Positions 10,058 through 18,720 of a stretch of DNA of 64,000 bases are shown here, piece after piece; the stretch's first letter is position 1, and each line of letters starts with the position of its first letter. The DNA is from a virus. Lineage: Duplodnaviria; Heunggongvirae; Uroviricota; Caudoviricetes. The notes below the pieces were generated by a model. It had not been told where the DNA came from. It did not search any database and saw nothing but the letters and a program-made list of their open reading frames with translations. The DNA is taken from the IMG/VR virus record IMGVR_UViG_2630968933_000007, positions 1-64,000 of that record; one strand, given 5' to 3'. The translations under genes and the position numbers were made by a program.

Positions 10058-10519
10058 GTGCAGCAGGTGCTGATCGTCGAACCGGAGCAACAACGCCAAC
10101 CGCAGCAGCCTGAAGCCGATTCCGCGATGAGCGGGAAGCCGATTGGGTTAACCCGGGCGATGCCGGGACCGTCTGCGGGACGAGTTGATTATCCTGACGT
10201 GTTCGAACGGGTCTGGCGTGAATATCCGCATCGGGCAGGGTCAAACCCGAAGAAATCCGCGTTCAATGCCTGGAGGGCCAGATTACGCGAAGGGGTGTCA
10301 CCGGATGTCGTGCTGGATGGCGTGAGGCGTTACGCAAGATACCTGGAGGCTACCGGGAAAGCGGGAACTGAATTTGTTCAGCAGGCATCGACGTTTTTTG
10401 GCCCGAACAGGAATTTCGAAAATCCGTGGTCGCTGCCGAAGGTTGGCGCAGTCAGCCTGCGTTGCGTGAATCACATTTCTGAACCGGACACCGAAATTCC
10501 GCCGGGTTTCAGGGGGTAA
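10058..10519 (+). CDS. DnaT-like primosomal/replisome-organiser domain protein (reading frame open upstream to 9866)
   Basis: C-terminus ...ISEPDTEIPPGFRG resembles E. coli DnaT C-terminus (…SEPDSQIPPGFRG); listed start is GTG; frame has no stop back to 9866. Confidence 0.6.
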   Translation: MQQVLIVEPEQQRQPQQPEADSAMSGKPIGLTRAMPGPSAGRVDYPDVFERVWREYPHRAGSNPKKSAFNAWRARLREGVSPDVVLDGVRRYARYLEATGKAGTEFVQQASTFFGPNRNFENPWSLPKVGAVSLRCVNHISEPDTEIPPGFRG

Positions 10520-10525
10520 TCAGCC

Positions 10526-11266
10526 ATGAAAAACATTTCGACAGGAGGGATTCTTGAACGGGTGCGCCGTCTGGCACCACCGCACGTGGCAGCACCGTTC
10601 CGGACGACCGACGAATGGCGGGAATGGCAACTGGCTGAGGGCCGGAAGCGCAGCGAGGAAGTTAACCGCCAGAATCACCAGACGCGGGTTGAAAAAATCC
10701 TGAATCGTTCGGGCATCCAGCCGCTTCACAGGAAGTGCTCATTCGGGAACTACCGGGTGCAGAACGACGGTCAGCGCCATGCTCTGAGCCAGGCGAAATC
10801 CATTGTCGATGAATTGATGACCGGTTATACAAACTTCGTGTTCAGCGGGAATCCGGGAACCGGAAAAAATCATCTGGCGGCGGCTGTGGGTAATCGTCTG
10901 CTGAAGGCCGGTAAATCCGTGATAGTGGTCACCGTGGCGGATGTGATGAGCGCGTTACATGCCAGCTATGACGACGGACTGTCAGGGGAAAAATTTTTGC
11001 GTGAACTGTGCGAAGTGGACCTCCTGGTTCTTGACGAAATTGGCATCCAGCGTGAGACGAAAAACGAGCAGGTGGTACTGCACCAGATTGTTGACCGCCG
11101 GACGGCATCACTGCGCAGTGTCGGGATGCTGACAAACCTGAATCATGCCGCAATGAGCACGCTTCTTGGTGAGAGGATTATGGACCGGATGACCATGAAC
11201 GGTGGTCGTTGGGTGAATTTTAACTGGGAGAGCTGGCGGTCAAACGTTGGACGTCAGGGTATGTGA
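10526..11266 (+). CDS. DnaC-like helicase loader (IstB-type ATPase)
   Basis: Walker A GNPGTGKNHLAAA, Walker B DLLVLDEIG; follows DnaT-like gene. Confidence 0.85.
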   Translation: MKNISTGGILERVRRLAPPHVAAPFRTTDEWREWQLAEGRKRSEEVNRQNHQTRVEKILNRSGIQPLHRKCSFGNYRVQNDGQRHALSQAKSIVDELMTGYTNFVFSGNPGTGKNHLAAAVGNRLLKAGKSVIVVTVADVMSALHASYDDGLSGEKFLRELCEVDLLVLDEIGIQRETKNEQVVLHQIVDRRTASLRSVGMLTNLNHAAMSTLLGERIMDRMTMNGGRWVNFNWESWRSNVGRQGM

Positions 11267-11291
11267 GAATTTTTGACGAGGTAAATTTTCG

Positions 11292-12062
11292 ATGGAAACC
11301 GTATTGCATGCACTGAAAGCGATGGGAAAAGCCAATTCTGTTGAACTGGCGGCGCGGCTTGATATCAGCCGTGAAGAAGTTCTCAACGAACTGTGGGAGC
11401 TCAAAAAAAATGGCGTTGTTGATAAAACGGGTCACACCTGGTTTCTGGCTGTCGAAGGTGAAGCCGGGGTAACCGAAGAGCGGCCAGTAAAATCTGAAAC
11501 ACAGGATATGCTGACCGAAGAGGTCGCTCCAAAAGTTAGCGCTGACATGATGATTGAGTTTATCTCTCAGGAGGGGGCTAAAACCTGTGAAGAAATAGCG
11601 GGTAAGTTCGGAGTTACCACTCGCAAGGTTGCTTCCACGCTGGCGGTGGTAACCGCAACGGGGCGGCTGGCACGCGTTAATCAGAACGGTAAATTTCGTT
11701 ACTGCATGCCGGGCGATAATTTACCAGCAGAGCCGAAAGCCGCGCCGGTAACGGAAAATGATGGTAAGGCCTTTCCTCAGCCAGCAGGTGCTGCGTTACC
11801 AGTCCGGGAAGCCGCAACACAGGAAGAAATTAAAACAGAAACTGTGGCGGACATTGTGCAGTCGTTGCCATCGTTTACCGAAACGCAAGCAGATGAGCTG
11901 ATTTTTCCGTCCCTTCGCAGGGCAAACCTGGCGCTGCGCAGGGCGAAAAGTGATGTTCAGAAGTGGGAGCGAGTCTGCGCCGCGCTGCGGGAGCTGAATA
12001 AACACCGGGATATTTTCAGTTCGATTGCTGATATTCCGGTTCATTCACCGACAACAAAGTGA
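11292..12062 (+). CDS. Hypothetical phage protein with two winged-helix-like segments
   Basis: 256-aa ORF; HTH-like stretches. Confidence 0.55.
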   Translation: METVLHALKAMGKANSVELAARLDISREEVLNELWELKKNGVVDKTGHTWFLAVEGEAGVTEERPVKSETQDMLTEEVAPKVSADMMIEFISQEGAKTCEEIAGKFGVTTRKVASTLAVVTATGRLARVNQNGKFRYCMPGDNLPAEPKAAPVTENDGKAFPQPAGAALPVREAATQEEIKTETVADIVQSLPSFTETQADELIFPSLRRANLALRRAKSDVQKWERVCAALRELNKHRDIFSSIADIPVHSPTTK

Positions 12063-12071
12063 TCTCCGGAG

Positions 12072-12509
12072 GTGCTTATGACAAGAGCATTTACACCAGA
12101 AGAGCGGGAAAAAATTAAGGGGCTGATCGTGGAGTTCGTACGCCTTAACGGACGAGGCACGATTCGGCAGTTATCGGATGAAATTGGTGTCAGTCATGCG
12201 TCTGTCGGTCGTTTATGCATGGAGCTGGCCGCCAGTGGTGATGTTTACAATTCCGGTTACGGAGTATTCCCGTCTGAACAGGCTCGTAAGGACTGGCAAA
12301 ATGCCCGCAAAAAACTCTCAAGGGCAAAGTCGAAGAAACCGGTTGTCGTTGATCCAGACCTTATCCGGGCATTACCAGATGGGGAAATACGGCGCTACGA
12401 CAGACGCTACAACACAATTTGTCGCGAGTGCCGTAACAGCGAAACGATGCAGCGTGTGCTGGCATTCTGGCGAGGGAGTGCAGAGGGATTGATGTTCTCC
12501 CCGTCGTGA
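12072..12509 (+). CDS. Hypothetical phage protein (HTH-like N-terminus)
   Basis: 145-aa ORF. Confidence 0.5.
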   Translation: MLMTRAFTPEEREKIKGLIVEFVRLNGRGTIRQLSDEIGVSHASVGRLCMELAASGDVYNSGYGVFPSEQARKDWQNARKKLSRAKSKKPVVVDPDLIRALPDGEIRRYDRRYNTICRECRNSETMQRVLAFWRGSAEGLMFSPS

Positions 12510-12541
12510 ATGACGGGGGCTTACGTGTTCAGAAAAGTGAT

Positions 12542-13216
12542 TCATATAGAGGCTGAATCTGATCTTTTTTGTTCACGTCTGGCTTCCACCATTGCAGGCA
12601 GAGTGAAGGCGTAGACTAAAAACATTTCGGTAAAACTCAGGATCTGGCTTGCCTCAATTGGTGTGAAAACTTCATCTGTATGAACTGCTTTATTGGCATC
12701 AATTCGTACAATATGAGCCCATTCCTTCATCTGTTCAGTGATCAGGCCTTTTTTGTAAATCATCTGAATACGTTGCGACAGCGATTCTTTTCCTGCTTCA
12801 TCGCCGAGCAGTTTTTTCGTGGAGATATCGAGGACTCTGCGACAAAGAATAACCACTGTGTCGTACCGCCTCCTCTGTAAATCCTCTTTTGCCTCAACAA
12901 AAGTACGGTCTGCAACCGGGGGCGTATATTCTGGTGCGGTAATTTTTTTGACCACAGGATAGATCTTGCGGAAACGGTACTGGCTATTTCCTGAAATCAG
13001 AATATCGAGGTCTTTTTTCTGGCTTTCCGCCATGGGACCGTGATAGTGGTCTGATGGGATTTCAACAATAGCAACACCTCCTCGATGACAACTTCTGCAT
13101 ACAAAAGCGACGTTAAAAAAAGGTGTTTTTTCAATTTGTTTTTCGGCAAATGCCTCAATAACAGCTCGCTCTTTTAAACAGTGCGGGCATGTGATATCAA
13201 AGGAGACTAAACCCAT
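12542..13216 (-). CDS. Zinc-ribbon protein with C-terminal DUF4145-like domain (start taken at MGLVSFDITCPHC)
   Basis: CPHC...CRSCH zinc ribbon; C-terminal ...CRRVLD...WAHIVRIDANKAVHTDEV...ILSFTEMFLVYAF pattern recalled as DUF4145-like; opposite strand to flanking operon. Confidence 0.6.
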   Translation of the reverse strand: MGLVSFDITCPHCLKERAVIEAFAEKQIEKTPFFNVAFVCRSCHRGGVAIVEIPSDHYHGPMAESQKKDLDILISGNSQYRFRKIYPVVKKITAPEYTPPVADRTFVEAKEDLQRRRYDTVVILCRRVLDISTKKLLGDEAGKESLSQRIQMIYKKGLITEQMKEWAHIVRIDANKAVHTDEVFTPIEASQILSFTEMFLVYAFTLPAMVEARREQKRSDSASI

Positions 13217-13460
13217 GGATATTCCTCGCGAAATTAAAGAAATTAACGAAATCATTGAGGTTACTGATCGCCCCGAGTTTACCCTCATGCGTCGTTATGA
13301 AACAGGAACCGACGAACAAAAATACATCATGGTTGCAGCATTGGCTGTGATGGCGATAGAAAGGGAGCGAAGGGAAAAGGACGTAATGGTTATTCCTGAG
13401 AGAAATGATTCACCGGATTTGAGATGGCAGGAGCCGGAGTGGGATGTGGTAATCCGGTGA
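13215..13460 (+). CDS. Hypothetical small protein (uncertain; start codon overlaps divergent start of 12542..13216)
   Basis: SD aggag 9 nt upstream of ATG 13215; 81 aa. Confidence 0.3.
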   Translation: MDIPREIKEINEIIEVTDRPEFTLMRRYETGTDEQKYIMVAALAVMAIERERREKDVMVIPERNDSPDLRWQEPEWDVVIR

Positions 13461-13514
13461 TTGATATTTCTCTGGGGTAAAGCGCCGCCAGAATGACGGC
13501 GCGGTAGTGGAGAG

Positions 13515-13823
13515 TTAAACGAAGCGGATCTGGAGTTTTTTCCCTGTAGCACGGGCGAATTTTTTCAGTGTGGCAAATGATGGGCCGCTTGTACCTGATG
13601 CAAGATTGCTTTCCATTCTGGTTATCGCAGTCGCTTTTGTTCCCATACGTTCAGCAACTTCAGCCTGGGTTAAGCCAGCTTCTTTTCGTGCTGCCAGCAT
13701 TTCATCAAGTAGTGCGAATTCATCGGCGATGGCGTCGTATTCTGCTTTTACTGCGGGGTTAGACAACATTTTTTCTACCATATCATCGTGTGTCATGGTA
13801 GGTGGGGTACGTTTACCAGTCAT
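13515..13823 (-). CDS. HTH (XRE-type) antitoxin, HigA-like
   Basis: 102-aa ORF with HTH ...GLTQAEVAERMGTKATAITRME...; overlaps upstream toxin gene by 11 bp. Confidence 0.75.
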   Translation of the reverse strand: MTGKRTPPTMTHDDMVEKMLSNPAVKAEYDAIADEFALLDEMLAARKEAGLTQAEVAERMGTKATAITRMESNLASGTSGPSFATLKKFARATGKKLQIRFV

Positions 13824-14142
13824 GCTTAACCTCCTTCATTCTGGTTTCAGCTTTTCTAAGCTCGGCAGGTGGAGTTTTTTGCGTTTTCTTTACAAAGCTA
13901 TGCAACATAATGATTCGCTTTCCTTTTAGCGTGCAGTAAAAAACACGCCCTATGCCTTCCGAGCCCTTAAGGCGGATTTCAAACAAACCGTCGCCAAATG
14001 CCTCTGTATGCGGGGAACCAAGATTAGCTCCGTAAATACGCATTTTCTCCGTGTACCGAATGTACCGGGCTTGTAAGGTCTCAGGAAGAGAAAGGATCTC
14101 AGCTTCAACCTCGTCACTGTAGTATTCGATAATGTAGTTCAT
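13813..14142 (-). CDS. RelE/ParE-superfamily toxin, Gp49/HigB-like
   Basis: MNYIIEYY...GDGLFEIRLKG..GIGRVFYCTLKGKRIIMLHSFVKKTQKTP fits Gp49-like toxin pattern; toxin-first operon order. Confidence 0.75.
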   Translation of the reverse strand: MNYIIEYYSDEVEAEILSLPETLQARYIRYTEKMRIYGANLGSPHTEAFGDGLFEIRLKGSEGIGRVFYCTLKGKRIIMLHSFVKKTQKTPPAELRKAETRMKEVKHDW

Positions 14143-14463
14143 GAGAGTAAACATAACAAATTTGTTATATACATTCAAGGTATGTTGACGACAACACATA
14201 TCCGGGATTATATTCTTCGCACGCCAGCAAAATCTGGCGTCGGGATTAGGAACCCCGGATATTCAACCGCGACAGACACACGCCGCGAGCGTGTTTTTTA
14301 TTGTCGTATGCACACGCACATCTGAATTATGGTGGGGCGTATGGGGCAGCCGAAAGGCTGGCCGGTTGGTTGATCCGGTAGTTCCTAACCCTGTACGTCT
14401 CGCCACCCGATGATTAGGAACCTGACGGTGGTGATAGTTTAGAAACCACTCGAGGGCGTCATT

Positions 14464-15135
14464 ATGACAACTCAAGTTTCTGTTGAAACACTCTCCACGA
14501 TTACTTACAAGCAGATCCCCGTTATCACTACTGAACTTTTGGCGCACCTTTACGGCACAGAAGCTATTCGTATTCGCCAGAATCACCACGAAAACAAAGG
14601 TCGTTTCATTGAGGAAAAACACTTCTTCAAACTTGAAGGTGAAACTTTACGTGAGTTCAAGCACAGAGTAGCTTTTAACTACTCTGTGAAAATTGCCCGT
14701 AACGTTCGCTCCCTCATCCTATGGACAGAACGCGGCGCAGCCCGTCATGCAAAAATGCTCGAAACCGATCGGGCGTGGGAAGTGTTCGAAAAACTGGAAG
14801 ACTGCTATTTCAGCCAGGGAAAAACAACACAAACCGAACAGCAGTCGCAGATTCAGCCACAATTCACAGCCGAGGAAATCATCCTCCTTTGCTACATGCA
14901 ACTCTGGATGGAAAAAGCCCGGGACCTTAGCAAGCAGCTGTACCCCATAATGAAAGAGCTGAACTCCTCATACACGAACAAGCTGTATGACATTGCGTTT
15001 GAGACTATCTACATGGTGAAGAAGAACAGAGACGCGCTACTAAGGGAGGTAACACGTCTCGACATGTCAAGTTCCGTTATCCAGCGGGCCATGCCAATGC
15101 TGAAAAGCCTGCGGGCAAGACAATTTGAATTCTGA
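14464..15135 (+). CDS. Antirepressor-like protein (N-terminal ORF6N/Rha-like, C-terminal domain shared with the ant gene at 57722..58351)
   Basis: 223-aa ORF; last ~95 codons ~95% identical to C-terminus of 57722..58351 ORF. Confidence 0.6.
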   Translation: MTTQVSVETLSTITYKQIPVITTELLAHLYGTEAIRIRQNHHENKGRFIEEKHFFKLEGETLREFKHRVAFNYSVKIARNVRSLILWTERGAARHAKMLETDRAWEVFEKLEDCYFSQGKTTQTEQQSQIQPQFTAEEIILLCYMQLWMEKARDLSKQLYPIMKELNSSYTNKLYDIAFETIYMVKKNRDALLREVTRLDMSSSVIQRAMPMLKSLRARQFEF

Positions 15136-15142
15136 AACTAAA

Positions 15143-15162
15143 GGAGCTTCGGCTCCTTTTTT
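15143..15162 (+). terminator. Intrinsic terminator (ggagc-ttcg-gctcc + T6)
   Basis: Hairpin with UUCG loop followed by tttttt. Confidence 0.65.
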
Positions 15163-15189
15163 GTTGGGAAAATCCAGTGAGAGGGAATA

Positions 15190-15600
15190 ATGAACCAGAC
15201 TATCTTCCTCCGAAGTAAGCAGCAGCAACAATTCGCCATTAACGCCATCCTTGCAACAACTCTCGATAAAGACAAACCCGTTACGATCCGCATCACCGAT
15301 TACAAGCGGAATCTCGATCAAAATGCCAAATTTCACGCGATGGTCGCTGATATCTCCCGACAGGTTCAGTGGTGCGGCAGATGGCTAAAACCAGAACAGT
15401 GGAAAGTTTTGTTAATCAGCGGTCATGCCGTGGCGACAAAACAGGAAGCTGATGTTTTGCCAGGTCTTGAAGGTGAATACGTCAATATCCGCGAAAGCAG
15501 TGCGCAAATGAGCGTGAAGCGTATGGCAAGCCTGATTGAGTACACAACTTCCTGGGCTGTGGATCAGGGTGTCAGATTTACCGACAGGAGGTATGAATGA
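15190..15600 (+). CDS. ninB: NinB (Orf-family recombination mediator)
   Basis: 136-aa ORF with ...SLDQN.K.....D.SRQV.W.GRWL... pattern matching lambda NinB. Confidence 0.8.
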   Translation: MNQTIFLRSKQQQQFAINAILATTLDKDKPVTIRITDYKRNLDQNAKFHAMVADISRQVQWCGRWLKPEQWKVLLISGHAVATKQEADVLPGLEGEYVNIRESSAQMSVKRMASLIEYTTSWAVDQGVRFTDRRYE

Positions 15601-15788
15601 GACGACAGCGACAAAGCATCACCGATATCGTCTGTGAAAACTGCAATTACCTTCCAACCAAACGCTCCCGAAATAAACCCAGGCCAGTCCCCAAAGAATC
15701 TGATGTTAAAACCTTCAACTATACGGCTCACCTGTGGGATATCCGGTGGCTAAGGCGTCGAGCAAGATTTAATTGTCACTCCGGATAG
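15597..15788 (+). CDS. ninE: NinE-like protein
   Basis: 63-aa [60 protein letters not shown] resembles lambda NinE as recalled. Confidence 0.6.
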   Translation: MRRQRQSITDIVCENCNYLPTKRSRNKPRPVPKESDVKTFNYTAHLWDIRWLRRRARFNCHSG

Positions 15789-15808
15789 CCTACTGCATGA
15801 GGAATAAG

Positions 15809-16102
15809 ATGATGACAAACCTACGCAAAGAAGCGCGCGGCAGAGAATGCCAGGTACGGATTTATGGCGTATGCAATGGCAACCCTGAAACTACAGTTCT
15901 GGCGCATTACCGAATGGCTGGAATTTGCGGAACGGGAACAAAGCCAGATGATCTGTTGGCTGCATGGGCCTGTAGTGACTGCCATAATGAAATCGATCGC
16001 CGTACTCGCATTCTCGACAACAACGACGCCAGACTTTACCACCTGGAAGGCGTGATCAGGACGCTGGCGATATTGCTGAAGGAGGGGAAGATTAAGTCAT
16101 GA
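15809..16102 (+). CDS. YbcO-like (DUF1364) putative zinc-binding nuclease
   Basis: ...LRKEARGRECQVRIYGVCNGNPETTVLAHYR..G.CGTGTKPDDLLAAWACSDCHNEIDRR matches DLP12 YbcO as recalled. Confidence 0.7.
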   Translation: MMTNLRKEARGRECQVRIYGVCNGNPETTVLAHYRMAGICGTGTKPDDLLAAWACSDCHNEIDRRTRILDNNDARLYHLEGVIRTLAILLKEGKIKS

Positions 16103-16461
16103 ATGAATATGAGTTTGTGCTTCCCTGGCCGCCGACGGTGAATACCTACTGGCGAAGACGGGGAAGCCAGTACTACATCAGCGATAAAGGCCAGAAATAC
16201 CGAAAAGACGTACAGCAAATCATCCGGCAACTCAGATTAGACATTTTCACTAAATCACGACTTCGCATCACAATTATTGCTGAACCACCAGATTCCCGCC
16301 GTCGCGACCTCGATAACATCCTGAAAGGTTTACTCGACTCTCTTATCCACGCCGGATTTGCGGAAGACGACGTGCAATTCGATGACATTCGCGTAATTCG
16401 CGGCGTGAAAGTGCCTGGCGGTAGAGTGGGGATAAAAATCACCGAACTGGAGAACATATGA
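16099..16461 (+). CDS. rusA: RusA Holliday-junction resolvase
   Basis: LPWPP..N.Y.....G......G..YR.......DRRRRDLDN..K...D.L..AGF..DD.Q pattern of RusA. Confidence 0.9.
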   Translation: MNEYEFVLPWPPTVNTYWRRRGSQYYISDKGQKYRKDVQQIIRQLRLDIFTKSRLRITIIAEPPDSRRRDLDNILKGLLDSLIHAGFAEDDVQFDDIRVIRGVKVPGGRVGIKITELENI

Positions 16462-16658
16462 ACGCCACAATTCAAACAATACCGGAATTGCTTATCCAGG
16501 CACGAGGCAATATGACTGAAGTTTCACGAAAACTGAACTGTAATCGTGCTACGGTCAGAAAATATGTCGGTGATAAAGAAGGCAAACGGCACGCCGTCGT
16601 CAACGGTGTCCTTATGGTTCATCGTGGATGGGATAAGGGGAAAGCTACTGATGCGTGA
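16458..16658 (+). CDS. ninH: NinH-like protein
   Basis: 66-aa ORF ...TIPELLIQARGNMTEVSRKLNCNRATVRKYVGDKEGKRHAVVNGVLMVHRGW resembles lambda NinH. Confidence 0.65.
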   Translation: MNATIQTIPELLIQARGNMTEVSRKLNCNRATVRKYVGDKEGKRHAVVNGVLMVHRGWDKGKATDA

Positions 16659-16893
16659 TATTCAGCAGGTGCCTGAACGCATGGCTTTATTCAGGTCGTC
16701 TGGAAAAGCGCATGAGCAGCGTAATAGCGGAGTTCATGGCGAAGAGTATATGAACAGATTATTCGAATGCTATATGAGACTGAAGCACGGAGATCGCTAT
16801 GACCTGACACGTGATGCTGACGGTTTCTACTGCCGTGAAGTTGTGAAACGAATGTTTGAAGTGTGGTGTCATTGTAAAGGATGGGGGCTGTGA
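16651..16893 (+). CDS. Hypothetical protein (start overlaps ninH stop; stop overlaps next start as TGATG)
   Basis: 80-aa ORF from ATG 16651 (MRDIQQVPER...). Confidence 0.4.
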   Translation: MRDIQQVPERMALFRSSGKAHEQRNSGVHGEEYMNRLFECYMRLKHGDRYDLTRDADGFYCREVVKRMFEVWCHCKGWGL

Positions 16894-17507
16894 TGCGGCT
16901 AACCCCAGTATTCGGCATGGTTAACTTTATTAATGATGCTCATTTCCGCCGCATATGGAGGCATCCGAAGAAAATCATTAACTCTCGTCAGAAAGCATGG
17001 GTTCACTACATGCTACAGGTATGGGGAAATGTTAACGCTGGTGATGATTCTCCTTGTGGTGCAATTAACGTTATTGGGCGACTGATGATTCGCAGTCAGT
17101 GGAGCGATGACAAAGCTAAGCAGATTGAGTCTGTTGTCATGCGTCTGTATGAAGAAGACGGACTACGTGGAGATGAACTCCATCAGAAAGCCCGAGAACT
17201 GGTCATCCCTCAGTCATCGGCAGGTAATATCATTGCTCTCGCCAAAGAATCCGATGATGCTGCTTTCGTTGAACGTGTGATGGTTGAGACCTTTCATCGT
17301 GAAAGCCCTGTCCGTGATGTAGCTATTAGGCGATATTGCAATCGCGACAGCACGCAAGATATCGCCAGGATGATTTCTCAGATAACAGGAGTTGATATTC
17401 AGTATTGCCGGAGGCGGGTCGTGTGGTGCGAGAGGGTCCTTGATTCAGAAATGTTTTATGCAATGAAGCGAGAATTGGAGAAAGAACTTCTAGTGATTGC
17501 TGGATGA
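16893..17507 (+). CDS. Putative late-gene antiterminator Q-like protein (assignment by position)
   Basis: 204-aa ORF immediately upstream of late promoter/terminator region; no sequence-level family match claimed. Confidence 0.4.
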   Translation: MRLTPVFGMVNFINDAHFRRIWRHPKKIINSRQKAWVHYMLQVWGNVNAGDDSPCGAINVIGRLMIRSQWSDDKAKQIESVVMRLYEEDGLRGDELHQKARELVIPQSSAGNIIALAKESDDAAFVERVMVETFHRESPVRDVAIRRYCNRDSTQDIARMISQITGVDIQYCRRRVVWCERVLDSEMFYAMKRELEKELLVIAG

Positions 17508-17531
17508 TGCAAAATATTTTTTGTAAATGCG

Positions 17532-17560
17532 TTGCTTTCGAGAAATGAAAGTAGTATGTT
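17532..17560 (+). promoter_or_regulatory. Putative late promoter pR' (-35 ttgctt, 17-bp spacer, -10 tatgtt)
   Basis: Promoter-like hexamers ~110 nt upstream of tR'-like terminator. Confidence 0.3.
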
Positions 17561-17668
17561 TTGTGTATGCTCGGAGCAAAAGCGCACTGAGAAGCGAAAG
17601 AGAAATCCTGATTTACCTCGGTCGTCGATAATATTTAGGATCGGCATACTGGCTAGATTAGGTAAAGG

Positions 17669-17695
17669 CCTCGGCAGAAATGTCGGGGCTTTTTG
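17669..17695 (+). terminator. tR'-like intrinsic terminator
   Basis: 7-bp stem (cctcggc/gtcgggg with G-U pairs) + cttttt; followed by sequence matching lambda late leader (gcacaacaggtaagagcattga). Confidence 0.55.
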
Positions 17696-18040
17696 TTTGC
17701 ACAACAGGTAAGAGCATTGAACCCGCAGACCTCGTGGAATTGGTGAAAGGTGTGCGCAGTGCTCTTATCGTTGTGGTGAAGCTCAATGGCGAGCTAGCAG
17801 ACAGGCGACTGTGAAAATACTAGTCATGTAGCGGATCGCCGCGCGTATTGTAATCGGCAGCGCACCGATGGGAGCTGGTTCGATTCCGGCCGCCACAATC
17901 CAAACTGAGCCGTAGCCTCTGGGTGTCCTGAATTCATCAGTGATAGTTACGCTGCGGCCTTCTACATACGATTTTTGTGAAAAGCGGGTGGCAAGAGGCT
18001 GCGAAATTTTTAAATACCTCACAATTCCACAGCTTGATGA

Positions 18041-18235
18041 TTGTCTGGCTGCCGGAGAATTTGTTAAAAATTGCATCGCGTGGTGAATCCCCCTCAGCGG
18101 CGGGGCATCTGGCAAAGTGTATGATCCAGCGAACATGCAAATTCAGTAGCCAGGCTGAATTTACCGGGAGGCACCTGGCACCATGCGACAGACAGAAATT
18201 AGGCTATACTTCAGCCCCTCTCCGGAGGGGCTTTT
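18041..18235 (+). ncRNA. Candidate small RNA unit 1 (promoter-like ttgtct-N17-ttaaaa to UCCG-loop terminator)
   Basis: No ORF; promoter-like hexamers 18041-18069; 8-bp stem agcccctc/gaggggct with tccg loop at 18213-18232 + T-run. Confidence 0.3.
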
Positions 18236-18426
18236 CTGTGCAGGATGTGTCACAGTTTCCTGAATTCTGAGTACTGTCCTGTTACTCAGGGTGCTATATT
18301 TTCTGACGTGATGAAAGTCTGCCGGAAGGCGGAACGTATCGGAAATGACCCAGTAGAGAAAACGTTGACTCAGATACCGGTGCTGAGTTACCGGGAAACC
18401 GGCATCACATGACCGCTATCCTTCCA

Positions 18427-18449
18427 GGCTCGCTCCGGCGGGCCTTTTT
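18427..18449 (+). terminator. Intrinsic terminator (ggctcgc-tccg-gcgggcc + T5) of a middle small unit
   Basis: 7-bp stem incl. one G-U, UCCG loop, ttttt. Confidence 0.5.
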
Positions 18450-18509
18450 ACTGCAGAAAACAGTTTTCCCGTAAAATGCCACGTTACTCACAATTCAGGC
18501 TGGCGATTA

Positions 18510-18720
18510 TTGTCTGGCCAGCGGGAAGTTTGTTAAAAAAATATGGCATGGTGAATCCCCCTGTGCGGAGGGGCATATCAGCGACAGGTGTTTGGTCACA
18601 CCCCTTATCCTTTCTGGTGCGGGTTCAGGTGCTGATACTGAACTCACCGGGAGGCACCCTGCACCATGCATGAACGGTACATAGCGCTACTCTCCAGCCC
18701 CTCTCCGGAGGGGCTTTCTT
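18510..18720 (+). ncRNA. Candidate small RNA unit 2 (paralogue of unit 1)
   Basis: Same promoter architecture 18510-18538, conserved blocks (tggtgaatccccct, accgggaggcacc), same terminator hairpin 18696-18715. Confidence 0.3.

Noticed and set aside
12542-13288. Longer 248-aa version of the Zn-ribbon/DUF4145-like ORF starting at 13288
   Set aside because: The first 24 codons (MRVNSGRSVTSMISLISLISRGIS) are low-complexity and overlap the divergent ORF; the ATG at 13216 has an SD-like gagg upstream and places the zinc ribbon near the N-terminus.
16546-16893. Listed 115-aa ORF overlapping the ninH 3' half
   Set aside because: The N-terminal 35 codons overlap ninH in another frame; the start was moved to the ATG at 16651, which overlaps the ninH stop in a typical coupling arrangement.
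17826-17900. tRNA-like T-arm (gctgg-ttcgatt-ccggc) downstream of Q, where Stx phages carry tRNA genes
   Set aside because: No 5' sequence complementary to the 3' acceptor strand and no CCA end. The segment instead matches the lambda late-leader sequence (ccaaactgagccgtagcc...tgtcctgaattcat...agttacgctgcggcc) as recalled, so it is non-coding leader, at most a tRNA remnant.
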